From Mobula hypostoma (lineage: Eukaryota): a DNA stretch of 64,000 nt. A program made the position numbers and the translations under genes. The notes beneath the pieces were generated by a model. That model was given only the letters and a program-made list of their open reading frames with translations. It ran no database searches and was not told the origin of the DNA. The stretch is from assembly GCF_963921235.1 (NCBI RefSeq), contig NC_086097.1, positions 205,408,001 to 205,472,000 on the forward strand, in the 5' to 3' direction. Of the stretch, positions 36,696-49,959 are shown piece after piece; the first letter of the stretch is position 1, and each line of letters starts with the position of its first letter.

Positions 36696-39600
36696 GCATA
36701 AGTAAGTGGACATTTAGTAAGCTAAGATAAAACTTGTCAATTATTTATGTATCACTGTCACTGACACTATTCACACAGCAATGACTTAGCCCGTTACTAC
36801 ACCAATGTTCCCATTGTACATCAGCAGAACACCAAAAAGCTTACAGAAATGAAGTGAAGATGCTGAAATAGTCACCAAATCAGCAAACATTTTTGAAATA
36901 AACACTCATGTTTAAAACAGTTTCTCTTTTCACAAATGCCCCCAAATCTTTGGTATTTTCCAAATTACAGGTTTTTAGTTTAGATTTCCGGGAAATGCAG
37001 CAATTAATTTCTATGTAAGAAAGAGCACAAATACTCACAGTTTAACATACCTCTTATGTGCCAGGGATAAAATCCATAAAAAAACGACATGGATCTTGGA
37101 TACAGCCCTGAGCAATATTCACTGAATAATCTTAGTTCAAAAGTGGAAAAATAATACTGGAATTGAAGTGTATGAAGAAGTTTTGAAATACCTCTTTTGC
37201 TCAGACTAATTTCAAAGTTCAAATTTCAAGATAAATTTATTATCAAAGTGCGTATACAGTATGTCACCACATTCTTCCCTGAGATTCCTTTTCTTGTGGG
37301 ATTTACTATAACTACATGGAAACATTACAATCAGTGAAAAACTACATACACACATAATTTCAAAATTGGCATTGTTTGTGTGCAATGATATTCTTTTAAT
37401 TCAATTAGATTGCATTAGATTACATTGGATTAGATACCATCTTTGAACTCCAAAGATCTTAATCTGATCGCATTATTATTTTAATTGTCAACAAGGAGAT
37501 CCAAACAAGGGTATCGCATGCTATTTCCCTATGATTTTGGTTTTGAGAATATTATTTAACAACATGCTAATTTAACAACCTTATGCTGCTTTACAATTTT
37601 ACTTGGACATAATTTATCTGTTATATACACAATGAAAAATAACTTTTTCAAGGTAACTTATATACCCAATGACATAAACATATTTAGTCAAATGTTTTTA
37701 ACACTACCATCAAATTGGGTCCCCTGCAAGGATATGCAAAATTGGTCTACAGTTCAATGCAATTAAGGTGATTTGTATCTAAAAAATTGTTTAAAAACAC
37801 GACCAACCAGTTCCTCATGGGATCATGCTAAATTCAAAACAACAATTGACACTTTGCTGCTGAGGAATCTGGTTATCAGTCCATAAGGACACATTCTCTA
37901 TGGCAACCATTTTCTGTCTGGGACAACAGAAGAGCTTCGAAGGAGAAACTGAGCGCACCATTATGCATATGCATTCAATGTAATATTGATATTTTTCCTC
38001 CAAGCATATAAACCAGGAGGGAGATTCTGCATGTTGGCTTGGTCCAGGGCCACCGCCAGCAGGACATTGCTCATGTTATCTCCTCCAAGAATGAGATTCC
38101 CCATTCCATGAAGCAATGTGACAAGGAATATCATGACTTCAGAAGGTATGTTACGAACAGCAGCGCACCACTAAAAACATTGTTTTTTCACGTAGTTGCA
38201 AATTTAGAGAAACATACATCTGTACACCCCCCCACACACACATACACCCGCATGTATAAATATTGTCTGTCCATTTGTGCATCACCTACACTCCAACCTC
38301 TCCTAAGCCAGCCAAAACACCACTCTCATCCCTTTACCACAAAATGAGCATTCATCCTTCATAGGACATAAGACAATGTTAGCAGCATTAGGCCATTCAT
38401 CCCATCAAGTCTGCTTGCATTTCTCACATTGGGTTAAATTTCCAGAAAAAAATGAAAAATGAAAATCCACTCAAAATCTTTCACCTCCATTGTTTAGGCA
38501 TTAAGAAAGGGAAATAGTAGAACAACTTGGACAGGCCATCCTGGAAACAGCACAGGATACAGTATTTAGAGAGACTGATCAGGATGCAAAAGCAGGGCTG
38601 AACATCCTCCCAGAGATTTTCTACATCTCTGCGATTGCAAAGCAGAGCCTCTTGTAAGTCAAGATGGAATACAGAGTTTCTGAAGGATCTTTGCAATAGG
38701 CATTGCACAGACAACTATTTCTTTACCTTCTGAAATATACCTGAGTGGACTGCCAGCCCTTTTGCAAAGTCTTCCATGGTGAAACACTGCCAACAGCAGC
38801 ATTAACAAAGTACCCATCTGAATGAGCATTTCAGCAACTAATCGATGAATAACCTGTTAGTGGTAGTCCACTCTGTGCATACAGGAGGTGTTTAGGCAAT
38901 CTACTGTCAGTTCTGAGGTTGCTCAGCATGTTCTCTCAACAGCAGCAGAATCTGTTTAAATAAAGGGAAAATCACAATTATGTCCTTGGTTCAACTGCGA
39001 CTGTTCCAAGATAGTTGTTAAGTACTGAGCTTCAGTTTATGGTGATGTCTGTCAAATGATGTCATATAGTGCACTCCAAATGCTAGAAAATGACAGGTAT
39101 GTTTCTATAAAAGTGACTTAATCAATGTTACGACTGACATGATCTTACAGAGAAATAGTTGGTAATATAATCTTGAGTCAGGTAATATTGGTTTTGATTT
39201 GCATAATCAGTAATTAAAGACAGCTTTGGAATTTAGTTGCTAGACTTATGCATTTAAAAGAAAATGTGACATTGGAGGTGCTAGCCTAATTAATGATTTT
39301 CTGACTGTTGAAGCTTCTTGTTGAAGAGTTTAAAGCAAATTTGGAACGTCAGATCAAACCCTATCTTCAGCATGTAACTGTAACAACTGCTTCTGTTTTT
39401 GATACTCTGCAACAGCTTTACCATTCTTAGCCCTATGTGTTCGTACCAAAACACTGCAGTCAAACTAAGACAAAGAATATTAAGGCATTAAGTGCATATT
39501 AAAGATATACTATGCTGGGAAAAGATTGAAATAACATCTTCTCTTTGATTCAGCCACTGTGAAGACATTTATTGTGAACACAAATTAGTACGTGATGCAT

Positions 39601-40619
39601 TCTGACATTTTCAGAGAGAGGATTCCTCTGAAAATAGTTGTAAATGGCATGGTGAGCATCTCAACATGATAACTGTGATGTATTTGATTGGATTTTAAGG
39701 CATGTTGCAGCCATAGGACATTTATTAGAAGTAAAAGTTAATAATGCTCCGTGCAATGTTCTGCCCTTAAATATAATCAATAAAGACTGAGTAACATATA
39801 ATTTATAATTAATAACATCAGCATGAATTATGAACACATTATATATAGATGACCTTTCAACTCCTCTGTTTAACATTCCTCTGTCTACTACTTAACGCGT
39901 TTGTTTAAACGGCAATGGGATATTTTATGGACACAGCATGCATTCCTTTTGTAAGGGAGTTGTAGTAATTCCTAAAAAAAAATAGAATGTTAGAAGAACT
40001 CTGCAATTCAGGCAGCATCTATGAAGGCAAAAGTTGTTAGCTGCCATTTCAGATCATGCAGATAGTTTGAAAGTTGGTCCGCTCCTTCTGTTACTGATGC
40101 TTGACTTCTATGTTCATGGGCTTAAGGTTTCAAATACCATTCCAAATGTTTCTTCTTTACTTTTAGTTGTCATGGGCCAAAGACTCTCAGGACTCAGTGG
40201 GATAAAATATGCCCAAATTAAGTGTACCATTTGTAAAGATCAAAGGTTTTTACTTTTTAAAGACAAATTTTATTGAACTTAGGTGTTCATAAAAATAATT
40301 TTGGAAAGCAATTCTATTATGGCATTTGGATAAACCTACAAAGCTTAATCCACTTGCCAAAATACTTGCAAAGAACATTGGAATGTAAAAGGTGGGAATA
40401 ACAGTTTATTTGCATTTGGCATATTGTGTAATTTATTAGTGAAATACATCTGAAGAATTTGTCAACCTGTTCTACGTGGTTTAATATAAAATAGAGACAA
40501 TTGAATTAAGTGCATAATTTAAAAAAAAAATGTACCTACAGATGTATGGAAAGAATTGGAAATAAATGATGAAGACCCAATGAGCCCTTTTACCATGACA
40601 GCGTCAGTCAATAAAGGGT

Positions 40620-43570
40620 TCTACAAACTGATTCCACCCAGCTCGACCGGCACCCGGACGACCGCCTCCAGCTCGGACCCCGACCCCTCGGACCTCGACG
40701 ACCGGCTCCGCCCTGGACCTCGACCCCTCGGACCTCGACTTCTCAGGCCTTCGGCAGGCTGAAGACCCATCCGCCTCTGACTCTGACCTCGAATGGAACC
40801 AAGGCCTCCCAGACATGGGCACCAGCCCCCCGGCAAGCCATGGACTCACTCGCCTCCGACTCCAACCTCAGTTCTGGAGCCCTGCAGGCTACAGGCTCCA
40901 CCACCCCCAGCTCCAGATCTAGCTTGGACCATGGTCCTGACCCTCTCCAGACCAGGACCACTCTTACTGCCACTGGGTCCTACTGCTTGTCTTATTCCCC
41001 CACTACCCTCTTTACTCCCTGCGATTCCTAACCTTCCCTCTATCCCTCATCCGCCCCTAACCCCGCTCTCGCTGAATATCCCAACCCCCTCTCCCTCCTG
41101 AGATCTCCCACTCTTTACCCTCCTCTGACCCCAGCCCCAACTCTTGCCATGCCTTCTCCATCCCCTCTGACCTTCCCCTATCTGAGGCAGAACATTCTGT
41201 CCTTAGCAAGGGCCTCACTTTTGCCCCCCTCCATCCACACCTCAGTGAGTTCTGTGCCTGTCATGAAGCTGAACTCTTCTTCCGTTGCCTATGTCTCCAA
41301 GCCTACTTCTTTGGCAAGGATTCCCCTCCCCCCACTGATGAGCCCCTTCTCCCGTCTTCAACCCTCCTCCTCCTCCTGGACACCCCACCCAGGCCTTCTA
41401 CCTGCACTCGATCTCTTCATCTCCAACTGTCGCCGAGACATCAAACGTCTCAACTTCACCACTCCTCTCTCTTGTTCCAACCTCACTCCCTCTGAACGCA
41501 CTGCCCTCCACTCTCTCCGCACTAATCCCTACCTCACCATCAAACCCGCAGACAAAGGTGGTGCCGCAGTAGTCTGGTGGATGGGCCTCTACCTCACTGA
41601 GGCCAAACAGCAGCTCTCTGACACCTCCTCTTACTTACCCCTGGAACAGGACCCCACCAAAAAACCTCAAACCATTGTCTCCCGTACCATCACCGCCCTT
41701 ATCAACTCTGGAGACCTTCCATCCTCAGCCGCTAAACTCATAATACCCACACCCCATACCGCTCTGTTTTACCTCCTCCCCAAGATCCACAAGCCTGACT
41801 GTCCCAGTAGACCCATAGTTTCTGTCTGTCCCTGTCCCACCGAACGTGTTTCTGCCTACCTGGACTCCATTTTGTCCCTCCCCACCTACATCTGGGATAC
41901 ATCCCATGCCCTCCACCTCTTCAATAACTTCCAGTTCCCCGCTCCCGATTGCTTCATTTTCACTGTGGATGTCCAATCCTTATACACCTCCATTCCCCAT
42001 CAAGAAGGCCTCAAAGCCCTCCGCTACTTTCTGGACAATAGACCTCACTAGTTCCCCTCCACCGCTAGCCTCCTCCGGTTGGCAGAACTGGTACGCACAT
42101 TTAATAACTTCTCTTTTGGCTCTTCCCACTTTTGTCAGACCAAGGGTGTAGCTATGGGCACTCGCATGGGCCCCAGCTATGCCTGCCTCTTCGTTGGTTA
42201 TGTGGAACAGTCTGTGCTCCAAACCTATTCTGGTACTGCTCCCCAACTTTTCCTTCGACACATTGACGACTACATTGATGCTGCTTCCTGCACCCATGCT
42301 GGGTTCATCAATTTCATCGACTTTACTTCAAACTTCCGCCCAGCCCTCAAATTCACTTGGTCTATCTCGGACGATTCTCTCCCCTTTCTCGATCTCTCGG
42401 TCTCCATCTCTGGAGACAGACTGTCCATTGACATCTTCTACAAGCCCACTGATTCTCATAATTACCTCGACTATACCTCTTCCCACCCTGCCACATGCAA
42501 AAATGCCATTCCCTATTCCCAGTTCCTCCGTCTCCGCCGCATCTGCTCCCAGGATGATGCTTTCCGTTCTAGGACATCCCAAATGTCCTCTTTCTTTAAG
42601 GATCGTGGTTTCCCTTCTGCGATCATCAATGATGCCCTCACCCACATCTCCTCCATTTCCCACACTTCGGCCCTCTCCCCATCTTCCCGCCACCACAACA
42701 GGGACGGAGTTCCCCTGCTCATCACCTACCACCCCACCAGACTCCAGATCCAGCACATTATCCTGTGCAACTTCCGCCACCTTCAACAGGACCCCACCAC
42801 TAAGCACATCTTTCCCTCTCCATCCCCCTCTGCTTTCCGCAGGGATCGATCCCTCCGTGACTCCCTGATCCACACGTTCCTCCCCGCGGATCTCCCACCC
42901 AGCAATTATCCCTGTAAGCGTAAGTGCTACACCTGTCCCTACACCTCCTCTCTTGCCACCATTCAGGGCCCCAACAGTCCTTCCAGATGAGGCAACACTT
43001 CACTTGTGAGTCTGTTGGGGTCATCTGTTGCATCCGGTGCTCCTGGTGCAGCCTCCTCTACATCGGTGAAACCTGACGCAGATTGGGGGACCGCTTCATC
43101 GAGCACCTCCGCTCCATCCGTCTTGGAACTCTCCAACCCCTTGGTATGAACGTAGAATTCTCCAACTTCCGGTAATTCCCTCCCCCTCCCTACCCTATCC
43201 CTATTTCTCTTTTCCCCCTCCCCCAGCTGCCTACCACCTCCCTCATGGTTCTGCCTCCTTCTACTATCCATTGTGTTTTCCCCTATTCCTTCTTCAGCTT
43301 TCCTGCCTATCACCTCCCTGCCCCACTTCCCCCACCCCTTTATCTTTCCCCTTACTGGTTTTTCACCTGGAACCTACCAGCCTTCTCCTTCCCACCCTTC
43401 CCCCACCTTCTTTATAGGGCCTCTGCCCCTTCCCCCTACAGTCCTGACGAAGGGTTCCGGCCTGAAACGTCGACCGATCTTTTCCACAGATGCTGCCCGA
43501 CCTGCTGAGTTCCTCCAGCGTGTTGTGAGTGTTGCTCTGACCCCAGCATTTGCAGATTATTTTGTGTTTA
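40620..43570 (+). mobile_element. Penelope-like element (Neptune type), longer copy with stops, frameshifts and a deletion in GIY-YIG
   Basis: TIKPADKGGA, FYLLPKIHKP, DVQSLYTSI, KGVAMGTRMGPSYA, FLRHIDD, CKRKCYTC, YIGET. Pyrimidine-rich UTR and hammerhead tail. Confidence 0.93.
43439..43476 (+). ncRNA. Minimal type I hammerhead ribozyme, core intact
   Basis: cagtc-CTGACGA-A-GGGT(TCCG)GCCT-GAAA-CG-TC-gaccg. Predicted cleavage after C43471. Confidence 0.8.
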
Positions 43571-44884
43571 CTAAAGCTACGTTATTAGGAGGACAGATCA
43601 GAACATTAACAGCCTAATTTAATTTGTTTTATTGACATTATTATTACTGATATTATTCTTCCATATAATATCCTCCTACTTTTGGCTTTAATATAAATAG
43701 TGAAAAACGGGCCAGTCCTGAATTTGGACACAATGTTTTGACACCTAAGGAACCACATATTTGAAAGTAAAAAGAGTTGTATTAAAGACTGTCTAATGCA
43801 AATCTCAATCTGAAGTTGAAACTGCAGCCTTAGCAAGGAGAAAAGCTTATCCATTGGTGCTGTGGAAGCATGTAGCTCTGAGATAAGATGCCAATTTGCT
43901 TGGTAAGAGGACAGTGACGGGGAATGCTATGAGTTTGAATCCTAGAACCGTGAGGATATTTTAGAAACTTGGTTTATATACAAAGATGCATTAAATTATT
44001 TTAACGTCCCTTTTCTTCCACAAATGAGCAGACCCTCACTTAAGGGAAATATTCCCTCTCACTGTCATCAGATCATGTTTGCAGGTAAAGCTTTTGTTAG
44101 ATAAAGCAAGCTCCAATTATGTCCCTTTCTCTCTGCTTCTGGTCTACCCAACTGATAGATTAAAATTTGCTATGAATACTCAGCTAATCACCTTGCATCT
44201 ACAGAGAGAGGAAAAAGATAATATTTCAGGTCAACGAAGATGACTAAGGTCCATTGTATGCTCTCTGATCAAGTAAAATTGACATGAAGAAATGCTTGGA
44301 ATATTTAAAAATAATGGAGACATATCTTTCCTCACCTAGCATAGGACTAGAAATATTCAGAAAGTACTTATGTAGCAATGCTTCACCCTGATGCTTCACC
44401 ACATATGGAATTCAGCATTGATGTTCAATTGGGACCACTGCCATCCAGAAAGCCAAATGATCACTTTGAACCTGCTTACTAAATCTGGTGCATTCTCACA
44501 TTCCTGAAAATTCAATAATGTCAAGAAATTTCATCAGCAGGTATTACAGGGACTGACTTCTGGCTAAGATCCATGGCATTCCTCCAGTTTTAACCCTCAA
44601 TATGGCAATCATTTGAGCTCAAGTCTGAGCTGGCCTGTTCTGTATTAGTGTGAATGAGCCATGCTGAGAAATAACAGCTGAAACTTTGTCACCACAGCAA
44701 TCATTAACTGGGTGCAGAATCAGTTCCAATAAGGTGACAGATATATCCATGCAGTATTGTAGTGAAATATATCACCTTGACGACAAAGATTCAGGATACT
44801 CTAGAAGCTCTCATGCACAGATATATCAGGAGGCAAAGATCACATTGATTTTGGCTGCCAAAGTGAATGTGGTCATGGATTGTA

Positions 44885-45400
44885 ACATGAAAAACACTGG
44901 AGGGACTTGGTGCAGTATCAATTTAGGAAAATGGACAATTGACATTTCAGGACAAGACCTTTCATCTGGCCTGGAAAGAAAGAGGGGCGATAATACAAAA
45001 AAAGTGAGAGTAAGATGTGAAGCAAAAACTAGCAGGTGATGGATGGATCCAGGGCAGGTGGGTGATAGAGAGTGGTAAAGATATCAGCAGCTGGGAGCTG
45101 AAAGGTGTACGTGACAGGGCTGAATATGATGCAATCTAACAGGAGAGGAAGGAGGGAGTAAAGTGGGCAGGGAAACCAGTGACGGGCAGATGAAGAGGGT
45201 GGGTGTGGTGAAAGTGATAGGGTTATGGAAGGAGCAGCTGGATCATGAGGAGAGAGAAAAGAGAAAAAGAGGAAAAGGGACAGAAGTAGAAAGTTAGACA
45301 TTTGTTCATGCTGTCAGGTTGGAGACTGCCCAGGCGGAATATGAGGTTCTGTTTCTCTTACGTGTGTTTAGCTTCAACCTGGCTATGGAAGAAGTGATAT
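44885..45400 (-). mobile_element. Old PLE 3' end with a decayed hammerhead (44936-44973)
   Basis: EKQNLIFRLGSLQPDSMN on the minus strand at about 45300-45360, purine-rich UTR on the plus strand, core CAGATGA...GAAATGTC. Confidence 0.75.
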
Positions 45401-46249
45401 GGAAGAGGATTTCTTTTAATCTGAAGAAGAAGACATTTCTAACCCCTCAGACTCAACCATCATCTGTTACATTTAAGAAGTTCCAGAAGCTCTTCCTACC
45501 AAATGAGAGTGAAAATAAGGGAAACGGGAGTAGACCATTCATCTCCAGTAGCTTACTTCACAATCCAATAAAATCATGACTGATCAATAATCTTAGTATC
45601 ACCTTCCTGAACTATCTCTCTAGCTAAACATTGTACAGTAATTGTATCCACACTCAGTGTTCAGATTAGAGGTAGCTGTAAAATTTGCCATTTTGACAAA
45701 GGTAACATCTGGGGTCTTAAGTCTGATGGACCATTGCTGCCTTGGGGGTCTTACATAAAATTTGCATTGGTCGTTGCATGATTCAGGTGCACTGTACTAT
45801 GAAGCCTATGTTGTCCATTTCAGTACTGTATTCAGTATCATTGGCTGGGAAAAACTAGCTAACAAAAATACCCTGGTAAAGAAATGAATTGCTAAAGGAA
45901 TACAAACAGGAACTATTGCAAACATTCTGCAAGTCAGGCAGCATCTGTGGAAAAAGCAAGAGATAGCATTTTAGAATAAAAGTCATTTCTCAGAACTGGT
46001 TACTTACAGAAAAATCCTTTCTCAGAACTGGTTTGTTCCCAACTTTTTTATTCTTCAGTGAGCTATTAGCAATATTCTATTATTGTACAGAGGTTGAGTC
46101 TCTAAGCCATGAACCTTTCATATATCTTTGAGCCTGACTGCATTTCGGTCAGAAATCATTATATTGACTTTTTACTTATATCAACATCGCGCTACACTTT
46201 CCTTCACAATTTTAGTAAAGTTGTAAAGCAAAGAACAATTTGAAGAGAA

Positions 46250-46926
46250 AATTTGAAGGTTCAGTCTGTGGTGAGGAAGGCAAAGGAGATGTTAGCAGTA
46301 ATTTCAGGAGGACTAGAATATAAAAGCAAGGATGTAAGGTTAAGAAGTTATAAAGCACTGGTGAGACCTCACAGAGTATTGTCTGGAGTTTTGGGCCCTT
46401 ATCTTAGAAAGGATGTGCTGAAACTGGAGAGGATTCAACAGAGGTTCATGAAAATGATTCCAGTCTCATCATACAAAGAGCATTTGATGGCTCTCGGCCT
46501 GTATTCACTGGATTTTAAAAGAATGAGGGGGGTGACCTAATTGAAACCTATCAAATGGTGAAAGGCCTTGATAGAGTGGATGTGGAGCAAAAGCTTCCTA
46601 TGGTGGGAAAGTCTAAGGCCAGAAGACACAGCCTCAAAATAGAGCAGTGTACTTTAAGAACAGAGATGAGAAGCAATTTCTTTAGCCAGAGAGTGCTAAA
46701 TCTGTGGAATTCTTCACCACAGGCAGCTGTGCAGGCCAAGTCTTTATGTATATTTAAGGCAGAGGTTGATAGATTTTTGATTGGTCAGGACATGAAGGGA
46801 TACAGGGGGAAGGTAGGAGATTGGGGCTGCGAGGGAAAATGAATCGGCCATGATGAAATGACGGAGCAGACTCAATGGGTCAAATGGCCTAATTCTGCTC
46901 CTATATCTTATGGTCTTATGGTCTTA
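46250..46926 (+). mobile_element. CR1 3' fragment
   Basis: GLEYKSKDV..YKALVRPH, RTEMRSNFFSQRVLNLWNS, tail cttatggtcttatggtctta. Confidence 0.88.
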
Positions 46927-48452
46927 AACTCGTAATATTTTTCTTGATAAGACATCAAATGCAAAATCTCTTCTGGAAGGTATATATTATCCAATTTTTC
47001 CAAGTGCAGAACAGCATGAAGATTTTATCTGAGTCTATCTGAAGTCAGAGTCATACAGCATGGAAACAAGCACTTCAGCCCACAGTGTCTGTGCTAACAG
47101 ACTACCTCTCCTACCTGGACAAATCCCATTTTCCAGCACCCAGCCTGTAGCTTTCTATACCATGCCATTCCTGGTGCTCATCTAAATGCTTCTTAAATGA
47201 TCCAAGAATCTCTACATTTACCACTCCAACAGGCAGTACAATCTAGACTTCAACCATCCTCAGGGTAAGATGCTTCTTCCAGAAATCTTCTCTAGATCAT
47301 CTGAACTTATTTTAAGCCTATGCGCCCTGATCAGATACATTTTTGTTCATCCTCTTGGCTGTTCTTCTTTCTGTGCATTAAGCATAGTGTGGAGAGGAAG
47401 AGCGCTGCAGTGGAGAAAATAATAATATTATGTTGGTTTTGGTCAAGGGAGTTAGTGATGTGAACATAAGTCTGGTTTGAATCGGGGAGTTGGGCCATGT
47501 TCAAGGTGAATGAATATGCCAAAGTCGTAACTGACTTCATAAAGAACTCAGGGACAGGTGTGTATCTGCAAAAATATTCTGTGTCATCCCTGAAAGTAGC
47601 CAACCTAGTATGTATAAAAATTCGCTAGTCTATTAGCAGTTATGAGTTTAAAAGTATCATGAACACATACTTGTATTTTGTCATTAACTTCAAAGAAGTT
47701 TCTAAACTTGAATGCAATTTAAGCAAGCTATAAATATATTATTTATTAGTTGTCATGCTAGACCACTCTGTTACACAGAAGGAATAATTTTAAATAAAGA
47801 TCTTTAGTGAATGAGGAATAAAGCTCATTTATTGATGTTGTTCAAATGTTAGCTTGGCGAGTGCTGACCCTACACACTGCATTCTAGAGGGGCAAAATTA
47901 ATTGCCAAATCAGTCAATGGCACAGGCTAGTGATCCTTTAAATTTGATTTCTCCTTCTGAATTTGTCTTTAGTACCTTGTGTTGATGATTGCAGTGGCTC
48001 CAGAAGGCAGCTCACCTTTGTCTTCTTAAGGGAGACTGCAGATGGGCAATAAAAGTTGGCTTTCCTTCATTGCTTCAATTCCAGCAAAGATTAACAATAA
48101 AGCTTTATATCCGAGAAATGGCAAATGTGTAATTTGTTTACTGGCCGTGACTCAGTGTTTGTCTGCTTGAATGATATATTAACTAGATAGACAAGAAACA
48201 TGTTTACATCTCACACAGCCTACATCGTATTGTAAATACTGCAGGAACAATTTCAGGTACATCAACCACAACAGTTTTGCTGCCAGGGTTAGGAGGGAGC
48301 ACAGAGTGAAGCACCAAATATAAATGAGGAAGTATAAGTGAAAATTGCAGCAACAGTAGAACAGGGACAACCTGGCCTGTGGAAAAGGTCAACATCTATC
48401 TCTGTTGCTGTGACTAGAAACTGCTATTTTTCAGCAAAAGCCATGAATAAAT

Positions 48453-48571
48453 CAAGACACACAAATTGCTAGAAGAACTCAGCAGGCCAGGCAGCATCTA
48501 TGGGAAAGAGTAAATAGTCGACGTTTTGGGCTGAGACCCTTAATCAGAACTGGAGAAAAGAGATGAGAAGC
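48453..48571 (-). mobile_element. 119-bp PLE-tail insertion with a mutated hammerhead (48515-48552)
   Basis: 12-bp TSD ccatgaataaat at 48441-48452 and 48572-48583. Core CTGATTA...AAAACGTC. Confidence 0.8.
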
Positions 48572-49959
48572 CCATGAATAAATGTCTGAATGTTTCAAGT
48601 GACGTTGTGAGAATGAACAAAGCACTCACGCACTTAGATTTGTAAGGCCACCCTATGGAATCGCAAGCCCTCAGAGAAATGTGTTGACTCTGTATGTGTC
48701 AGTTTCTCCACTTACAGATTTCCTGAGTCCAGGCATTCTTTCCTCTTAATTTTTGTGATTGACAGTACTGAGGTTTGTAAATTCTAAAGAGCAGCATTCA
48801 CATAAACCGGGATCCAAACACTTGGATTTAGATTGAATTAAAACTAACTTGAAGGGTCATAAAGTTCATAAGTATTTCAATTTTGTTCAACAGAGTGTTC
48901 CCATATATCAGTGGGGGGGAGGGGCGGAATGGAGTTGGGAGTGGGTTTAAAGGACAGAACATCTAAGCATGGAAGATATAATGGAAGGGAAAGTATTGCA
49001 TTTATTTGGCACCTTTATTATGGTGACGTTTTCACTAAGTGATTGTAAACTATGAATTCCTTTTATTTGAATTTCACCTAATGTTTTTGTTTCTTTTATT
49101 CCTTTGTGCTTTGCCATAATATTGTCACACATTATTTTGCTTACAGTAATCAGATGCCTAAAATATTCCACTTAGCCCTTGAGATCTGATGAAGGTCATG
49201 TGTATTTTTAAGAAAGAATCAGATTGTTGAGAGGTGGTTGCTCATCTTTCCTCAGGAAATCGGGTTTTGAACCTGAACAAATTCTAGTTCTGCCTTTAGC
49301 ACCTGTGTTTTGTTATGATGCCGAAAATAAAACATAGATGCTTAGAATCTGAAATGAAGGCATAGAAGCTGGAAGCACATGGCAGGTCAGGTAGCATTTG
49401 TGCTTTCCAAAAAAAACCAAAGTTTCAGACGGCAGATGTTCTAATGAAGTCTTTCCAGTGCAAATTTAACTCTGTGCCCCTATTCACAGATGCTGAATGT
49501 TTCTAGAATTTTCTGTTTTTACTTTATGTAGGAGCTAATGATTGATTGATCGAAGAGCTAAATCCATGAGCAGTTAAAAAAAATTATCACTATCCTGAAA
49601 TCCTGCACTAAATAGGGAACTCCCCAGAAAATCTTGCTTAAGCACCCAAGCTTAATGAAGTAGTCTAATTTACCTACTTGATACAGTTGCAATATCTCAA
49701 CTATTTCTCCCATATTTTTGACAATTGTTCAGGCTGGAACCCAGAGAACAAATGGCTGCACAGTTGTGAGTTTATATAAACCGTAGCCAAGGACAGTCTT
49801 TAGCAGATGGATGATAGCACACTGGACAATTCATCCTCCCACTTACTTCACCCTTCCTTTAATTCAGACCATTGCTATGGTATGACAAGTAATGTTAAAG
49901 ACTCAATAGCACAGAAAACTGAGCCAATGTCTTCTGCTAGAATGTTTTTCCAGTAAGAT

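Noticed and set aside
38727..38951. Minus-strand exon with leader-like ORF MLIQMGTLLMLLLAVFHHGRLCKRAGSPLRYISE
   Set aside because: Splice sites are plausible, but the same stretch contains DSRLPKHLLY and adjoins an RTE-like C-terminal remnant (38500-38710), so a decayed RTE or chance is at least as likely.
44540..44750. Possible LF-SINE-like ancient repeat
   Set aside because: Only short patchy resemblance from memory; cannot be supported without a profile search.
46006..46033. Direct repeat tttctcagaactggtt around 45986-46033
   Set aside because: Small local duplication beside a decayed PLE tail; no further structure.
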